Shown: positions 34,250 to 35,784 of the stretch, one piece after another
Layout: every line of letters begins with the position of its first letter
Numbering within the stretch: the stretch's first letter is position 1
Assembly: GCA_903883985.1 (NCBI GenBank)
Contig: CAISDD010000160.1
Coordinates: 1 to 35,784 of the forward strand
Direction: 5' to 3'
Source: an uncultured Pseudomonadota bacterium
GTDB lineage: Bacteria; Pseudomonadota; Gammaproteobacteria; Burkholderiales; Thiobacillaceae
Length of the DNA stretch: 35,784 bases
Program-made: the position numbers and the translations under genes
Notes under the pieces: model-generated
Databases searched by the model: none
Seen by the model: the letters and a program-made list of their open reading frames with translations, nothing else
Told to the model about the DNA's origin: nothing

Positions 34250-34630
34250 ATGCAACGCACCCTCCTAAAATCCAAGCTGCACCGCGTGCTTGTCACCGCC
34301 TCCGAGCTGGAATACGAGGGTTCGTGCGCGATCGACGACAATCTACTGGAAGCGGGAGACATCCACGAGTACGAGCGCATCGAGATCTACAACGTCAACA
34401 ATGGCGAGCGTTTCGCCACCTACGCCATTCGTGGTCAGCGCGGCTCCGGCATGATCTCGGTCAATGGCGCCGCAGCGCGCCGCGCGGCTGTGGGTGACGT
34501 CCTGATCATCGCCACCTACGCCATCCTCAACGAGATCGAGCTGGCCAACTTCGAGCCCAAGCTGGTCTATGTCGATGAAAAGAACCGCATCAAGCGCATC
34601 GGCGCACAGATTCCCGCTCAAGCAGCCTGA
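34250..34630 (+). CDS. panD: Aspartate 1-decarboxylase proenzyme
   Basis: [29 protein letters not shown] (self-cleavage G-S site) and GERFATYAI...ISVNGAAA, colinear by eye with E. coli PanD. The ORF-track start at 34241 is a TTG 3 codons upstream. Confidence 0.93.
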   Translation: MQRTLLKSKLHRVLVTASELEYEGSCAIDDNLLEAGDIHEYERIEIYNVNNGERFATYAIRGQRGSGMISVNGAAARRAAVGDVLIIATYAILNEIELANFEPKLVYVDEKNRIKRIGAQIPAQAA

Positions 34631-34638
34631 TCTTGTGT

Positions 34639-34663
34639 TTCGACCCCGCCTCGCTGGGTCGAA
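34639..34663 (+). terminator. Hairpin after panD
   Basis: TTCGACCC-cgcctcgct-GGGTCGAA, an 8-bp stem starting 9 nt after the panD stop. No U-tract. Confidence 0.25.
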
Positions 34664-34681
34664 CCGCACGCGGGGATAGGC

Positions 34682-35350
34682 ATGACCTACGTCGATCTCA
34701 CCCCGATCAATCAGCGTTTCACCCTCAGCGCAGCCCCCCCGCAAACGGTGCATCACGACCTCTCCGATGATTTGCCGATCCGCGCAGATTTGAAGAACAA
34801 GCTGAAACAGCAAAGCGACCAGGCGAAACGATTACAACAATCGATCCGAAATGGTTCCGGGCAAGGACAAGCCGACACACTGAAACGACAAATGCTGCGC
34901 GATCGATTGAGGCTGCTGCTGCAACAGGTCGCACTCATGAACAAACAGAGCGCCAAAGCAGCGATGGTCGAGGTCCAGCGCATCGCTGGCGAATTGCGAG
35001 AGATGTCGGCGCAACCGGCAACCACCCCCGTCAACGACGGTACGGCTACGCCAGGAGAGAAGCAAGACGTAAGCGTGACAGCAAGTTCTACGCAAGAGCC
35101 CGCTGAGCCGACCAACGCGCCAGCCCCAACCCAGACTGCGACCGCACCAAGCAGCCTAACTCAGAGCACGGACATCAAAGCGCCGAATCCGAAGGAGGAT
35201 GCCGGCAAGATTCAAGCCAGCGACGCAATGGCCGAACTCAAACAACTGCTCAAACGCGTCCTCCATGCCCTGGAAAAACGGCTGGAAAACGCACCCGACG
35301 ATCAGGCAAGCAGCACCACGACGGGCCGGTTCATCGACGTCCAGGTGTAA
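34682..35350 (+). CDS. Hypothetical protein, coiled-coil N-terminal part plus Thr/Pro/Ala/Gln-rich disordered region
   Basis: 222-aa ORF with an ATG start and a purine-rich stretch upstream. No recognisable motif. The 3' end overlaps convergent ampD by 20 nt. Confidence 0.5.
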   Translation: MTYVDLTPINQRFTLSAAPPQTVHHDLSDDLPIRADLKNKLKQQSDQAKRLQQSIRNGSGQGQADTLKRQMLRDRLRLLLQQVALMNKQSAKAAMVEVQRIAGELREMSAQPATTPVNDGTATPGEKQDVSVTASSTQEPAEPTNAPAPTQTATAPSSLTQSTDIKAPNPKEDAGKIQASDAMAELKQLLKRVLHALEKRLENAPDDQASSTTTGRFIDVQV

Positions 35351-35784
35351 CCGACAACCGCCCCCAGTCGAAACACGGTCCGGGATCGGTCTTACGTTCG
35401 GGGGCGATGTCGCTATGGCCGACCACGCTGGTGATCGGATAAGCCGTCCGCAGAGCGTCCAACAACTGATTCAACACGGCGTACTGGATATCGTCGTAGG
35501 GTGCATCGTCCGTGCCTTCCAACTCCACCCCGATGGAGAAGTCGTTGCAACCAGCACTTCCTTGCCAGTTCGATACGCCGGCGTGCCAGGCGCGGCGAGA
35601 GCAGGGCACGAACTGGATCAGTTCACCCTTCCGGCGGATGAAAAAATGCGCGGAGACCCGCAGCCCCTGGATCTCGGCGTAATAGGGATGTTCTTCCGGG
35701 TTCAGGCGATTCGTAAACAGTTGCTCGACCCCCGGCCCGCCAAACTGACCAGGCGGCAGACTGATGTTATGGACCACCAGCAGC
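35331..35784 (-). CDS. ampD: 1,6-anhydro-N-acetylmuramyl-L-alanine amidase AmpD (N-terminus outside the window)
   Basis: LLVVHNISLPPGQFGG...LRVSAHFFIRRKGELIQFVP...RAWHAGVS...CNDFSIGVELEG...GHSDIAPERKTDPGPCFDW, colinear by eye with E. coli AmpD. The frame is open to the window edge. Confidence 0.9.
   Translation of the reverse strand, partial: LLVVHNISLPPGQFGGPGVEQLFTNRLNPEEHPYYAEIQGLRVSAHFFIRRKGELIQFVPCSRRAWHAGVSNWQGSAGCNDFSIGVELEGTDDAPYDDIQYAVLNQLLDALRTAYPITSVVGHSDIAPERKTDPGPCFDWGRLSVTPGRR

Overview
GC-rich proteobacterial (beta/gamma-like) chromosomal segment with about 32 credible protein genes. I saw no rRNA, tRNA or CRISPR array. All homology calls are by-eye motif recognition, not database searches. 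Left to right: the tail of a DDE transposase ORF; moaD; a PEP-CTERM-associated block (PrsT-like TPR protein, LolA-like protein, ABC ATPase with no permease, outer-membrane barrel, one PEP-CTERM substrate); and a solitary HTH-fused HipA/YjjJ-type kinase toxin bracketed by two inverted MITE copies. Next is a tightly packed minus-strand run: YcgR-like PilZ protein, bacteriophytochrome hybrid kinase, SNF2 helicase, SWIM protein. The most unusual locus follows, at 18012-23463. It is a five-gene, translationally coupled, non-canonical Hsp70 module: an 817-aa helical-repeat protein, a 101-aa J-like protein lacking HPD, GrpE, a 588-aa Hsp70 and an 86-aa zinc-ribbon protein. Further right: a Tat-exported FccB-like flavoprotein with a Rieske partner, an OmpR/histidine-kinase pair, arfB, an SRPBCC protein, a lipoprotein, a nitroreductase, an AhpD-like protein, a ybhP-like/clsB pair, panD and partial ampD. 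Six copies of a ~150-165 bp MITE-like nested-palindrome repeat, plus REP/REPIN-like hairpins, sit in intergenic regions. They create false N-terminal extensions in several ORF-track entries.
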